This document shows positions 49,256 to 57,832 of a DNA stretch of 64,000 nt, piece by piece. A program made the translations under genes and the position numbers. Source of the stretch: a phage; sequence record QB031382.1. One strand, written 5' to 3'. The notes below the pieces were generated by a model. The model was not told the DNA's origin. It ran no database searches and saw only the letters and a list, made by a program, of their open reading frames with translations. How positions within the stretch are numbered: the stretch's first letter is position 1; every line of letters starts with the position of its first letter.

Positions 49256-49636
49256 TTATGACACTTTGACGTAGCGCTCTGACAAAGCTGGAAAGCCAAC
49301 AGAAGTACCTATGCTGCCGTATGCTATCCACCATTGAAGTTCATCGTGACACCATTTTCCGATCAGAAAGGTGCTGGGGTAGCGAGTCAGTATTTTGGCA
49401 TAAGCTTTAGGATCTGCATCCTCTGGGATAATGATGCTTGGAGCATCTTTGTTATGACCACAGCAGCAGTTTAGAGTTTTCAATCCTGCCGCCCATAGAC
49501 TCATGATAGGCTTAACCATGCACTTATCAAGGCACACACGTTTTTTGCCGTCACGGAGCTTTTTAGGCACATCAACGATAACATTTTGATGCTTGGCACC
49601 TTTCACTTTCCAATTATAGGATTTACACTTGCACAT
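49256..49636 (-). CDS. Hypothetical Cys-rich protein
   Basis: 126 aa; RBS GGAG. Confidence 0.45.
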   Translation of the reverse strand: MCKCKSYNWKVKGAKHQNVIVDVPKKLRDGKKRVCLDKCMVKPIMSLWAAGLKTLNCCCGHNKDAPSIIIPEDADPKAYAKILTRYPSTFLIGKWCHDELQWWIAYGSIGTSVGFPALSERYVKVS

Positions 49637-49687
49637 TTAATCAGTCTCCATTTAGAAGTACACACTATTACGTTTTTGAGGCATACC

Positions 49688-49858
49688 TTACTTAAAGTCT
49701 TTATCACCTGTTACGATTGCACGAATCCACTCATTGTGATGCTTAATGGCGGTAAGGTGTAACATAATGTAGTGATTGTCATTACCAAACACGGCGCGAC
49801 AAGCTTTAGCAGCACCATGGTGTAACTTCCACATCAAGTAATGGTATCTTCGTTTCAT
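49688..49858 (-). CDS. Small basic His-rich ORF (56 aa), not in the supplied ORF track
   Basis: MKRRYHYLMWKLHHGAAKACRAVFGNDNHYIMLHLTAIKHHNEWIRAIVTGDKDFK. Start overlaps the upstream stop (ATGA); fills an otherwise empty 218-nt gap. Confidence 0.3.
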   Translation of the reverse strand: MKRRYHYLMWKLHHGAAKACRAVFGNDNHYIMLHLTAIKHHNEWIRAIVTGDKDFK

Positions 49859-50328
49859 GGCTCTTTCTCCGGTTCAGGATCTGGGTAATCTTCAATAATA
49901 AAGGGCCATCCGTTACGCTTAGCGTCAGACTTATACTCAATTTCCTTCATTGCAAACTCTAGCTGATTCTTGGCTGGAATGCAAGCTGGAGAATCATCAA
50001 CCCAGATGTCCGGGTAGATATCAAACTGCGCCAGATAAGCGGCCTTTTGAACACCTCCAGTATAAAACACTCCAACATCAAGTTCCTTGCGCCAGTATTC
50101 AATGTCCACATTATCTTGAGTGATGAATCGAAAAGTCACAAGGTAGACTGTCCACCCTTCCTTCTTCAGGTCCTTAATCAAGCGGGAGAAGATGAAAGGG
50201 CTCGCATTAAACGTTCCATCAAAGTCAATGGCTATGATATGTGTGCCGTGGCGAGTCTCATATGGATTGCTCGTGGTAAGATTGCTGTAGTTAAAAGGCA
50301 CTTCTTCCCCGCAGTAGCTGTAGTCCAT
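49855..50328 (-). CDS. HAD-superfamily phosphatase-like protein (possible nucleotidase)
   Basis: IIAIDFDGTF (DxDGT motif I) and VWVDDSP (motif IV-like). ATG 50328 with GAAGGTG RBS; GTG 50334 alternative. Confidence 0.45.
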   Translation of the reverse strand: MDYSYCGEEVPFNYSNLTTSNPYETRHGTHIIAIDFDGTFNASPFIFSRLIKDLKKEGWTVYLVTFRFITQDNVDIEYWRKELDVGVFYTGGVQKAAYLAQFDIYPDIWVDDSPACIPAKNQLEFAMKEIEYKSDAKRNGWPFIIEDYPDPEPEKEP

Positions 50329-50330
50329 AT

Positions 50331-50606
50331 TCACACCTTCTCGTTAATAAATTTACGGGCGGTTTGGTGAGTTGTTTCTGCTGTCTTCAGAATGATATTA
50401 ATTTTATTGTCAAGATCATTCATCTCAGCAGTTAATTCAGGAATCTCTCCAGCATGCATGGTGAAATCATACATAGACATGCCTAGAATCTCGTTAATGC
50501 GGCGGTTGCATTCTGCAGCACGCTGGTTCATTTTCCACGCTAACACCAAAGCCTCCTGTGTGGCTTCTAATGCAAAGTCTAATACGTCGGCCTCTTCTTT
50601 CGTCAT
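50331..50606 (-). CDS. Hypothetical helical protein
   Basis: 91 aa; RBS AGGAGAG. Confidence 0.45.
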   Translation of the reverse strand: MTKEEADVLDFALEATQEALVLAWKMNQRAAECNRRINEILGMSMYDFTMHAGEIPELTAEMNDLDNKINIILKTAETTHQTARKFINEKV

Positions 50607-50661
50607 CTCAGTCTCTCCTGTTTATTGTTGATAGGTGCATGAATGCCTTATAACTAACTCT

Positions 50662-51228
50662 TTATTCAAATTGCAATAGCAAGTCCACCACCGCGCTAGG
50701 TCTGTCAACAAACTCCCCAGGCCCACATGCCCATAGAGGGTATCCGTCCACATACCTCCATATCCAACCTGAAGTGTGGAGCTCAAGAAGGGCAGTACCG
50801 TCCTCACTGTCAACCACTCTTTCCCACAGTGTTGGGCAGCGAAGCTTGAGGATCGGATCCCCGCCCTTATACCCATCCATGTAGATACCCATTGCAAAGT
50901 TCAGCATCATCTTTTTGTGCACTGACCTCTTACTGAGGGTGCTCATCACTTCCTCCTTGTGGATGTTTGTAAGCTTCTCCTTGGCTACCTGCAGATCGTT
51001 GCAGCCATTGTTCAGGAGATCTTCCAGACACTTTACCCTAAGGTCGTGGATATCTTTGTCGTGCACCGTTGGTACAGGGTCGTAGCGATATAGCACTGTT
51101 GATACAAGGTTGCTAGGGTGTGGGTCTGACAGCAGCCCATAACCCCAATACTCTTCTGTATCTGAAAGGACAAGACACCCAATATCTCTGTCAAGCTTTC
51201 CTGTGTTGTACGCCACATTGACCGCCAT
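50662..51228 (-). CDS. Hypothetical protein
   Basis: 188 aa; RBS GGAG 8 nt upstream. Confidence 0.45.
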   Translation of the reverse strand: MAVNVAYNTGKLDRDIGCLVLSDTEEYWGYGLLSDPHPSNLVSTVLYRYDPVPTVHDKDIHDLRVKCLEDLLNNGCNDLQVAKEKLTNIHKEEVMSTLSKRSVHKKMMLNFAMGIYMDGYKGGDPILKLRCPTLWERVVDSEDGTALLELHTSGWIWRYVDGYPLWACGPGEFVDRPSAVVDLLLQFE

Positions 51229-51230
51229 GA

Positions 51231-51476
51231 TTATAGCTCCACTAACAAAGTGCTTTCAAAATGCCTCTCATGCAGACCGCTATAAGGAACCACTTCCACA
51301 ACACCGTCTCGGATATATGGAGTCATCATGGCAACATAATCACCGAATGGGTTGGCATTATCACTAACCACAACCACATGCTGCCCCTCCTTGGCAGAGT
51401 GCCAGATAGATCTGCATTTCATCATGTGTTCGAGAGCTCCAGGTAAAATCTTGTTACGTTCTTTACGGGTCTTCAT
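51231..51476 (-). CDS. Hypothetical protein
   Basis: 81 aa; start overlaps upstream stop (ATGA). Confidence 0.45.
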   Translation of the reverse strand: MKTRKERNKILPGALEHMMKCRSIWHSAKEGQHVVVVSDNANPFGDYVAMMTPYIRDGVVEVVPYSGLHERHFESTLLVEL

Positions 51477-51922
51477 AACAGGTATAGCTCCTTATGAAAG
51501 TGGGCTTTCAATTTCTCACCGAGAAACTTCTTGATACCTTCCTCTAAGGTGTTTTCGATGTAGTCCAGCTTAACTGCTTCTATGGACATATCATAGATCG
51601 CCAGCTCTAAGCTGTCAAGTCCCATCATAGCATGAACCATAAGATTTTCATCTTCAGATACATTCAGGGGGCTGCCTATAACATCCGGGGGCAGAATAGT
51701 TTCCCAATTATTCTGGGTGGTAGATCTCTCGCCATCCACCTTACGTCGCAGCTCGAAGGTGTTTTTAGTGTAAAACACTTCATAAGAAACGATACGACTG
51801 TCGCTCTCGTAATAAACGAAGTTCAGGTAGGAGCCGAGCCGTAGTCGGCAAACTTCTACTCCAAACCATTGTTTCTTATAAGAATTCAGGCTAATGCTTT
51901 CGCATTCGCGTTTGCTCAACAC
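51473..51922 (-). CDS. Hypothetical protein
   Basis: 149 aa; GTG start after AAGGAG. Confidence 0.45.
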   Translation of the reverse strand: MLSKRECESISLNSYKKQWFGVEVCRLRLGSYLNFVYYESDSRIVSYEVFYTKNTFELRRKVDGERSTTQNNWETILPPDVIGSPLNVSEDENLMVHAMMGLDSLELAIYDMSIEAVKLDYIENTLEEGIKKFLGEKLKAHFHKELYLL

Positions 51923-51937
51923 GGCTCTCTCCTTTTG

Positions 51938-52171
51938 TTAATCTTCGTAAATCAGGATCTCTGCTTTAGGTTTTCGTGCTTTCAGGTCCAGCTCTATCCA
52001 GTGCACCACAGATGTTTCAAGAAAAACAGCCTGTATGCATCCGTCTTCAGCGTGTCCTACTAGCATAACAAGATCTTCACCTTCGTCATCTGCATCACGA
52101 ACATACAGAATCTCTCCAGATTCAAAGTCTTTCACAACCTGGTTGCTGGATAATTTACGAATTTTTGCCAT
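51938..52171 (-). CDS. Hypothetical acidic protein
   Basis: 77 aa; tightly packed in operon. Confidence 0.4.
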   Translation of the reverse strand: MAKIRKLSSNQVVKDFESGEILYVRDADDEGEDLVMLVGHAEDGCIQAVFLETSVVHWIELDLKARKPKAEILIYED

Positions 52172-52172
52172 A

Positions 52173-52436
52173 TCAGAAACCCTCTAAAAAGCTCTTGTAG
52201 AAAATAATCTCAGTATCCACACCAGTCACGATCTTATCGTTCCTGATTTCATCTGTAAGATAGGTGTCAAAACGCAGAACCTGTGTGGTGTTGTCACACA
52301 TCCACTCGGCTGTGACCATGGCGAAAATCTTAGCATCTTCATTGTCAGGTGTGAATGTTACCACCTCACCGCATTTAAACTTTTCGATAGGCTGCGTGTT
52401 AGCTTTCGGTTCTGCAATGGTTATTTTTGTGGTCAT
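52173..52436 (-). CDS. Hypothetical protein
   Basis: 87 aa; start overlaps upstream stop. Confidence 0.4.
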   Translation of the reverse strand: MTTKITIAEPKANTQPIEKFKCGEVVTFTPDNEDAKIFAMVTAEWMCDNTTQVLRFDTYLTDEIRNDKIVTGVDTEIIFYKSFLEGF

Positions 52437-52693
52437 TGTTCTTCCTCCATAGTTTCACCAAATACTTCGATACGAGCGTCAAGCTCTGTTGCTTTCAGCT
52501 CTCCAACAAAATCTTTCAGTTCTTTCTCGTCAAGATCATATGCCCACACACAAGATGAGCACGCAGATTTCACGATTAGCAGTGTAGATACACGACCTGA
52601 CTCTGTAATCATGCTCACAATAGTTCCTACAGGAAACGTGTTGATAGCTTTTTTAACTGGGCGTTCAGCTTTAATTACTACTTCTGTTGCCAT
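52433..52693 (-). CDS. Hypothetical protein
   Basis: ATG 52693 lies 9 nt after AGAGAGG; ATG 52702 abuts the RBS. Confidence 0.4.
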   Translation of the reverse strand: MATEVVIKAERPVKKAINTFPVGTIVSMITESGRVSTLLIVKSACSSCVWAYDLDEKELKDFVGELKATELDARIEVFGETMEEEQ

Positions 52694-52708
52694 AAATAAC
52701 ATCCTCTC

Positions 52709-54169
52709 TTATTTAGCGTACTCGATCAATTCTACAGTTTTCCCAAAGCTTGGGATATAATTTTTATTATACCCTTCGGTGAGAACCCATAAAGTATCGT
52801 ACTTTTTCCACTTGTTGTCAACAGCCTTTTGTTCAAAGTTATGCTCAAAGTATAGGTCGGTCAGGACGATGACATCTTTTGCATTTGGTATGTTAGCGTC
52901 CAGATACTCGAACACGCAAGCGGCTGTTGTTCCCCATGTTGAGTGGACCTCATAGTTGATCATCTCGTCGATGTTCCCACGAGTGTATACTTTAACCTCT
53001 CCAACCTCGGTTGACCAGCAGAACATCGTAACCTTGAACTCTTTATACAGATTGCACAACCCAGTGATCTCATTGAACATTTTCTTTAAAGTTCTTTGGG
53101 AGATCGATCCAGAAACGTCTAGAGCCACCACAATATCTATAGTGTTTTCCGGATTACGACCTGGAACAACAACGTGCTGATTCTTGTTTATAGCCCCAAC
53201 TTTTCGCATTGTGCTGGTCAAAGACCCAGATCGGCGACCGGGTTTTCTATAGGTTAGTTCAGCCTTTCGTTTAGACAGCATACGTTGCTTAATGATGTCT
53301 ATATAATTGATTACAGGCTTACCTCTGTTCTTGACAAACTCACGCACAGCCTCAGGGCAACGACCTCCGGAAGCCTGCATTGCTGCTTCCAACATGTCAC
53401 CAGAGTCCTGCATGGCTTGATCTTTATCAGATTGACTGATCACTGGTTGTGGCTGATCATACCCCATCGCCTTTCCAAGATCATCACTAGTGCCACCGTT
53501 ACCACTCATGTGATCATCGGTTTGTCGTTTATCTCCTTGAGAGTTCTCTCCTTTACCGTTCTTACTTTTACCGCTATTCTGATCTCTTTGCTTATCAAGA
53601 ACCGCATAGACGTTCTCAGCAATCCATCCATGGAACCTCATGTCACAGTAGCAACTAGCTAAGAAGCCAAAAGGCTTACCTTTTACAAACGTAGTGCTTT
53701 TCCCCTTCGGGAAGAAAACACAAGGTGGCTTGCTAAAGTCAACCACAAGACCTGTGTTGATAACATGATCACAGGCAATATTGAACAGCTCCGGCTCAAA
53801 GCTTTTACCACGGACCAGATGATCACAGATAATATGTCCCACCTCATGCGATAGAAGAAATGCCACCTCTTTCACAGATTTGGGGGAATAGAAAACCTCA
53901 GCCATCTCAAACTGCTTGTCAGTCAAAGATGCCTTAAGAATGGTTTTGCGCTCATCGGCCAATCCCATAACGAACTCAGGACTGTAATAAATGCGTTTAT
54001 GATCTGTTGCCATGGTGGAGCACCATGTGTGGTTTTCTACGAACTGCAACCCTGATAACAGTGTGCCATAAAACGGCAGTTTTTCAAGAAGATACATACG
54101 TGCTGCCTGCAGCATTCGCAAGGCGTCATCTTTTTGTGCGGCAATGATTTCTGAACTTCTGCTATCCAT
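52709..54169 (-). CDS. VWA-domain protein with N-terminal HExxH metallopeptidase-like region
   Basis: HEVGHIICDH (HExxH) in the N-terminal third. C-terminal DVSGSIS fits a MIDAS DxSxS motif. Gln/Asp/Ser-rich linker between. Confidence 0.55.
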   Translation of the reverse strand: MDSRSSEIIAAQKDDALRMLQAARMYLLEKLPFYGTLLSGLQFVENHTWCSTMATDHKRIYYSPEFVMGLADERKTILKASLTDKQFEMAEVFYSPKSVKEVAFLLSHEVGHIICDHLVRGKSFEPELFNIACDHVINTGLVVDFSKPPCVFFPKGKSTTFVKGKPFGFLASCYCDMRFHGWIAENVYAVLDKQRDQNSGKSKNGKGENSQGDKRQTDDHMSGNGGTSDDLGKAMGYDQPQPVISQSDKDQAMQDSGDMLEAAMQASGGRCPEAVREFVKNRGKPVINYIDIIKQRMLSKRKAELTYRKPGRRSGSLTSTMRKVGAINKNQHVVVPGRNPENTIDIVVALDVSGSISQRTLKKMFNEITGLCNLYKEFKVTMFCWSTEVGEVKVYTRGNIDEMINYEVHSTWGTTAACVFEYLDANIPNAKDVIVLTDLYFEHNFEQKAVDNKWKKYDTLWVLTEGYNKNYIPSFGKTVELIEYAK

Positions 54170-54181
54170 TAAAACTCCAGA

Positions 54182-54198
54182 AGGGGCCTTTGGCCCCT
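54182..54198 (-). other. Intercistronic hairpin between two leftward genes
   Basis: GGGGCC / loop / GGCCCC between stop at 54203 and start at 54169. Confidence 0.35.
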
Positions 54199-54202
54199 GT
54201 CA

Positions 54203-55192
54203 TTATTTAACGTGCTTGAAAATACCAGCCAACTCGGTCATTGTCATGCGGGTGGTCTTCATGAGGTCTGTCATAGCCTTCTCCATAATTGGAGATACTA
54301 CCATAAAGTTACCTTTGGTGAAACCTTTATTCCAGTCGGTAACTAATAGTGGTTTAAGTCCGGACCCGAGACGCTCACCAGTTAAAGCACAACATTTTCG
54401 AATGTATGTGCTCTTAAACTGGCTGAATGACAGATCAACTTTCATACCTGCATCGTAGAACGTCTGGCAATAGAAAGTGTAAGCTTTGGCAATCTCAACA
54501 TCGTCAGGCAGTGCAGGAACCTCTTCTGTAAGCTCTTCTTCGCCCCCTTGAGGCTCTTTTTCCTCTTCGTGGTCTTGTTGTATCATTTCTTCAATCTCTT
54601 CTGTTACAGGCTCGTTTACAATGTCAGAAATGTGCTTGTTGGCTCCACGATTAGCCATGAAGTTTTTAAAATCCTGCATTGGTGACATATCTTCCTCCCA
54701 TTCTTCGTCAAAGAGTGCTAGTTTATCCTCTTCCGTTCCATATTGCAAGATGAAATCTTCAAAAGTGTAATCACCTTTCAATTTCTCCATACGCTCTTCG
54801 CTCAGGTGGAGCATCATCTGCTGGACAATTTTTCGATCAGTTTTGTCTTTAATCAAGATTGCGGTCTTTTTATCTACCAGGCAGTCTTTCAGAGAGTTAC
54901 ACCTCAATCCTACCACACAACAGTTATCAATTGCGTAAGGACCTTCATCATCTATCCGCTCCAGAGATGGGTAGAAAGGATTCCCCAGCCCGTTTTCATC
55001 TGTGTGCATGTCGAAAGGTATAAGGGTATAGTCGCATACCCCCTCTCCTAAAAGTTTTTTACCAAATAGGAGGTATTCTTCCCATGACAGGTTGAACTCT
55101 ATATCTCGTTTCCGTGCATTATTTTGTTTGCGTCTGTATTTTTTGAGCAGGCGCTCTAACTCTTCTGGTGTATAATATTTTTCAAGATTCAT
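54203..55192 (-). CDS. Early protein with degenerate HNH_3-like segment and acidic linker
   Basis: ATG 55192 chosen because a promoter (TTGACA-17-TAAGAT) sits inside the TTG-initiated extension to 55258. LERIDDEGPYAIDNCCVVGLRCNSLK resembles an HNH_3 core lacking the catalytic His. Confidence 0.4.
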   Translation of the reverse strand: MNLEKYYTPEELERLLKKYRRKQNNARKRDIEFNLSWEEYLLFGKKLLGEGVCDYTLIPFDMHTDENGLGNPFYPSLERIDDEGPYAIDNCCVVGLRCNSLKDCLVDKKTAILIKDKTDRKIVQQMMLHLSEERMEKLKGDYTFEDFILQYGTEEDKLALFDEEWEEDMSPMQDFKNFMANRGANKHISDIVNEPVTEEIEEMIQQDHEEEKEPQGGEEELTEEVPALPDDVEIAKAYTFYCQTFYDAGMKVDLSFSQFKSTYIRKCCALTGERLGSGLKPLLVTDWNKGFTKGNFMVVSPIMEKAMTDLMKTTRMTMTELAGIFKHVK

Positions 55193-55223
55193 GAGTTGTC
55201 TCTTGTGCTCTGTAGGTGGAGAA

Positions 55224-55252
55224 ATCTTATCAAGTGCCTGGGAATATGTCAA
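55224..55252 (-). promoter_or_regulatory. Leftward sigma70-like promoter
   Basis: On the minus strand: TTGACA, 17-nt spacer, TAAGAT. Confidence 0.5.
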
Positions 55253-55265
55253 CCTCAAAAACGTG

Positions 55266-55294
55266 TTGACTTTACTCTAAATCCACGATATAGT
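55266..55294 (+). promoter_or_regulatory. Rightward sigma70-like promoter
   Basis: TTGACT, 17-nt spacer, TATAGT; divergent from the leftward promoter. Confidence 0.5.
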
Positions 55295-55334
55295 TCACCC
55301 ATTCGAAAGAAAACGAACACAGGAGTACTTAATC

Positions 55335-56234
55335 ATGGCAAATCTTAACAGCTTTAGCACTCGATGGAAACAAGATATCACAACTAATCTCTCTGCAGGC
55401 GATATCCTTTCTGCAATTTACGAGGCTTTGGATGATAAAGCTACTTCAAAATCGGTTTGTACCAACCCGTTAATTCCTATGGTAATGAAGGTGATTGAGC
55501 GTAGGTTGGTATCCGGATCTGATAAGTGGACATATCTGGATAATGGAGGCCACACTTACTCCAACGGCTATGTAGATATAAAAGTAGAATATGCGGTATC
55601 ATATCGCCGGAGCGGCTCTGTAACTTTCAACTTCTCTGGTGGTTTCCGATCTCTGGCAACTTCACCTTTTGTTTCCTCAGAGCAGAAGTTTGAACTTCCG
55701 TTCCTTTGGATGATGGCTAACGCGACAGGCAAAACCCCTGTAAGCATTCGCGTAAAATACAACTACAACGGATCTAGTAAGATCTATGCCGAGAGTGTCT
55801 CAGCAAGTTTTTATTTTGTGATGGGGGATGGAATCCTCAAACATATAAAGATGTGCGATATGCATGATGTTATAAATGAAGTGACTGATAAGAATGTTCT
55901 GGTGAAGGATCTCAACAATTTTTATACACCGGGAGACTATTACGTCAACCGTCCACTGTGCATCTTTAATGCTGCACACCCTTTAGGTGAGTATTTGATT
56001 GCCAATAGTGATATTGCCAATAACCGCTTCGAGGTAGCAAGAGTACAGAATGAGGTGTTGACATCTTGCAAGAGCGGTGATAAGTTTACCGAAGAAGAGA
56101 TGGGTGTTTTAGAAATGATGGGATATAAGTGTAGCCTTTGGGTAGATGAGGTGTTTAATGACGGCATCTATGGACAGGATATTTACCCGTTAAAGAAGTA
56201 TACTGATTCCAGTTTAATTTACGCGGAGATTTGA
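55335..56234 (+). CDS. Hypothetical protein
   Basis: 299 aa; RBS AGGAG; first gene of the rightward operon. Confidence 0.5.
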   Translation: MANLNSFSTRWKQDITTNLSAGDILSAIYEALDDKATSKSVCTNPLIPMVMKVIERRLVSGSDKWTYLDNGGHTYSNGYVDIKVEYAVSYRRSGSVTFNFSGGFRSLATSPFVSSEQKFELPFLWMMANATGKTPVSIRVKYNYNGSSKIYAESVSASFYFVMGDGILKHIKMCDMHDVINEVTDKNVLVKDLNNFYTPGDYYVNRPLCIFNAAHPLGEYLIANSDIANNRFEVARVQNEVLTSCKSGDKFTEEEMGVLEMMGYKCSLWVDEVFNDGIYGQDIYPLKKYTDSSLIYAEI

Positions 56235-56236
56235 CT

Positions 56237-56509
56237 ATGATGAAGGCATGTGGTAGTGTATACTATGTGGGTGAAAATGTTCAGGCAGACAGTGTGTGGA
56301 AATCCATTAAGTCCACCACCGATGATGCCTTCTTGAGCGGGCTATGTTTCCCCAATCCTGGAGACATTCTCCCTCACCCTGGGGATTTTGTTGTTAACAA
56401 GACAGATGGTTATACTGTGTGCCTGATGGTTGAAAAAATCTTTTTAGACACTAGACACAATCACCGTCTTGTGTTAAAATTTCAAGAATGTAAAATGACA
56501 GTTGCCTAA
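56237..56509 (+). CDS. Hypothetical protein
   Basis: ATG 56237 after GGAG; TTG 56231 alternative. Confidence 0.4.
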   Translation: MMKACGSVYYVGENVQADSVWKSIKSTTDDAFLSGLCFPNPGDILPHPGDFVVNKTDGYTVCLMVEKIFLDTRHNHRLVLKFQECKMTVA

Positions 56510-56521
56510 GGAGGCCTACCA

Positions 56522-56881
56522 ATGTCTAAAGTTACTTATCGTGCAGCTATTTACTGCAATGAGCAACCAATCAATAGTGATGGTCACTGCTTTTTTAAAG
56601 AAAATCAGTTGGGCTGTATTGCCCTCCTTGATGAAGGGGAAGGTTATATGATTGCATTGACAGGGTTTGAGCCTGAAGCCTTGGAAGCCAATCTGGACTA
56701 CCTGGTAGAGAAGGGTGCTGCAGACTTGGTTGCCAATGGCCTCTCCATAAGCCTTGAAGAAGTGGAGCGCTTCATGGGCAATTACCGTGTAGTGCGTGAG
56801 TTTACTGTCGAGGTGGAAACTCCAGAGTGGGGTAGCACTGAAACTAATGCTGAAGAAAAAGAAGAGGGGGTAGAAGAATGA
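56522..56881 (+). CDS. Hypothetical acidic protein
   Basis: RBS AGGAGG; 119 aa. Confidence 0.45.
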   Translation: MSKVTYRAAIYCNEQPINSDGHCFFKENQLGCIALLDEGEGYMIALTGFEPEALEANLDYLVEKGAADLVANGLSISLEEVERFMGNYRVVREFTVEVETPEWGSTETNAEEKEEGVEE

Positions 56882-57135
56882 AAGTGCAGATCTTGACTAA
56901 TGCCGAGAAGATGTTTATCGAAGATACGCCTTTTGAAACTGGTGAGCTACAGTTTGTATATTTTGTTGACTTAGATAAGGTTTTTCCTGCGCTGAATCTG
57001 GGTTTGGAGAAAGTACCTTATAAAACTCTATGCCAGGTTGTCCGTGCCTTAGCTGCAGATGGGGAGTTCCACACCCTTGAAGATATCCAGACCTATGGGT
57101 ATCTTGAACTGCAACGAGAAGAAGAGGTAGACTGA
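56878..57135 (+). CDS. Hypothetical protein
   Basis: 85 aa; start overlaps upstream stop. Confidence 0.45.
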   Translation: MKVQILTNAEKMFIEDTPFETGELQFVYFVDLDKVFPALNLGLEKVPYKTLCQVVRALAADGEFHTLEDIQTYGYLELQREEEVD

Positions 57136-57137
57136 TA

Positions 57138-57518
57138 ATGGCCCAGTGGAAGACAACAGTTGACCTTCATGATCAGTGGTTAGGACGCATAACTGAAGAC
57201 GGGAAACTGGTAGAGTGGGACAACAAGCATGTTAGCGAGTTGGCAAGTATTGTGGCTGGCAAGTTACGCTCCAAGTTCCCTGAACAACTGGATCCTGATA
57301 GTTCAAAGTTCGATCCTGAGTTGGAGGATGTTGTATACTACTTCGACACCGTGGATGACTACGATGCGTGGTTTGCAGCACTGGAGTTATACCCACAAGG
57401 ATCCGCTATGCGCCGGATGGAAGAAGATTACCCTCCGTGTGAGCAATTCAATAGTGCAATGACTTGCCTTTATGATTGGGCAGATAAGAACCTTGTCTGG
57501 ATTCGGACTGCATTTTAG
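57138..57518 (+). CDS. Hypothetical acidic protein
   Basis: 126 aa. Confidence 0.45.
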   Translation: MAQWKTTVDLHDQWLGRITEDGKLVEWDNKHVSELASIVAGKLRSKFPEQLDPDSSKFDPELEDVVYYFDTVDDYDAWFAALELYPQGSAMRRMEEDYPPCEQFNSAMTCLYDWADKNLVWIRTAF

Positions 57519-57562
57519 TGGGTAGGGATGGCGGCAAGGATGCTGCTTAAGGAGCAGTAGAG

Positions 57563-57832
57563 ATGTTATACCAGCAGTACGAACTTCGTGCAGAAAAAGA
57601 ATTAAATTTTGACAAAGATATTCACAGATATTATTATGGGAAAGTTAGAGGACAAGCAAGAAAGTGTACTCCAACACTCTTTCATGCCAGCAGACGACTA
57701 GCTCCAGAAGAGGCAACAGCAGAAAGGGTTGCATATGGCTGGAGAGTTGCGTATGATATTGACAGATCCGATGTGATGTCTGTTTTGGAAAACTTTGAAA
57801 ACACTTACACACAAGTAGAGGACTTTTACTAA
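57563..57832 (+). CDS. Hypothetical protein
   Basis: 89 aa; RBS GGAG. Confidence 0.45.
   Translation: MLYQQYELRAEKELNFDKDIHRYYYGKVRGQARKCTPTLFHASRRLAPEEATAERVAYGWRVAYDIDRSDVMSVLENFENTYTQVEDFY

Noticed and set aside
55193-55258. TTG-initiated extension of the 54203 gene
   Set aside because: A complete leftward promoter lies inside the extension, so translation more likely starts at ATG 55192.
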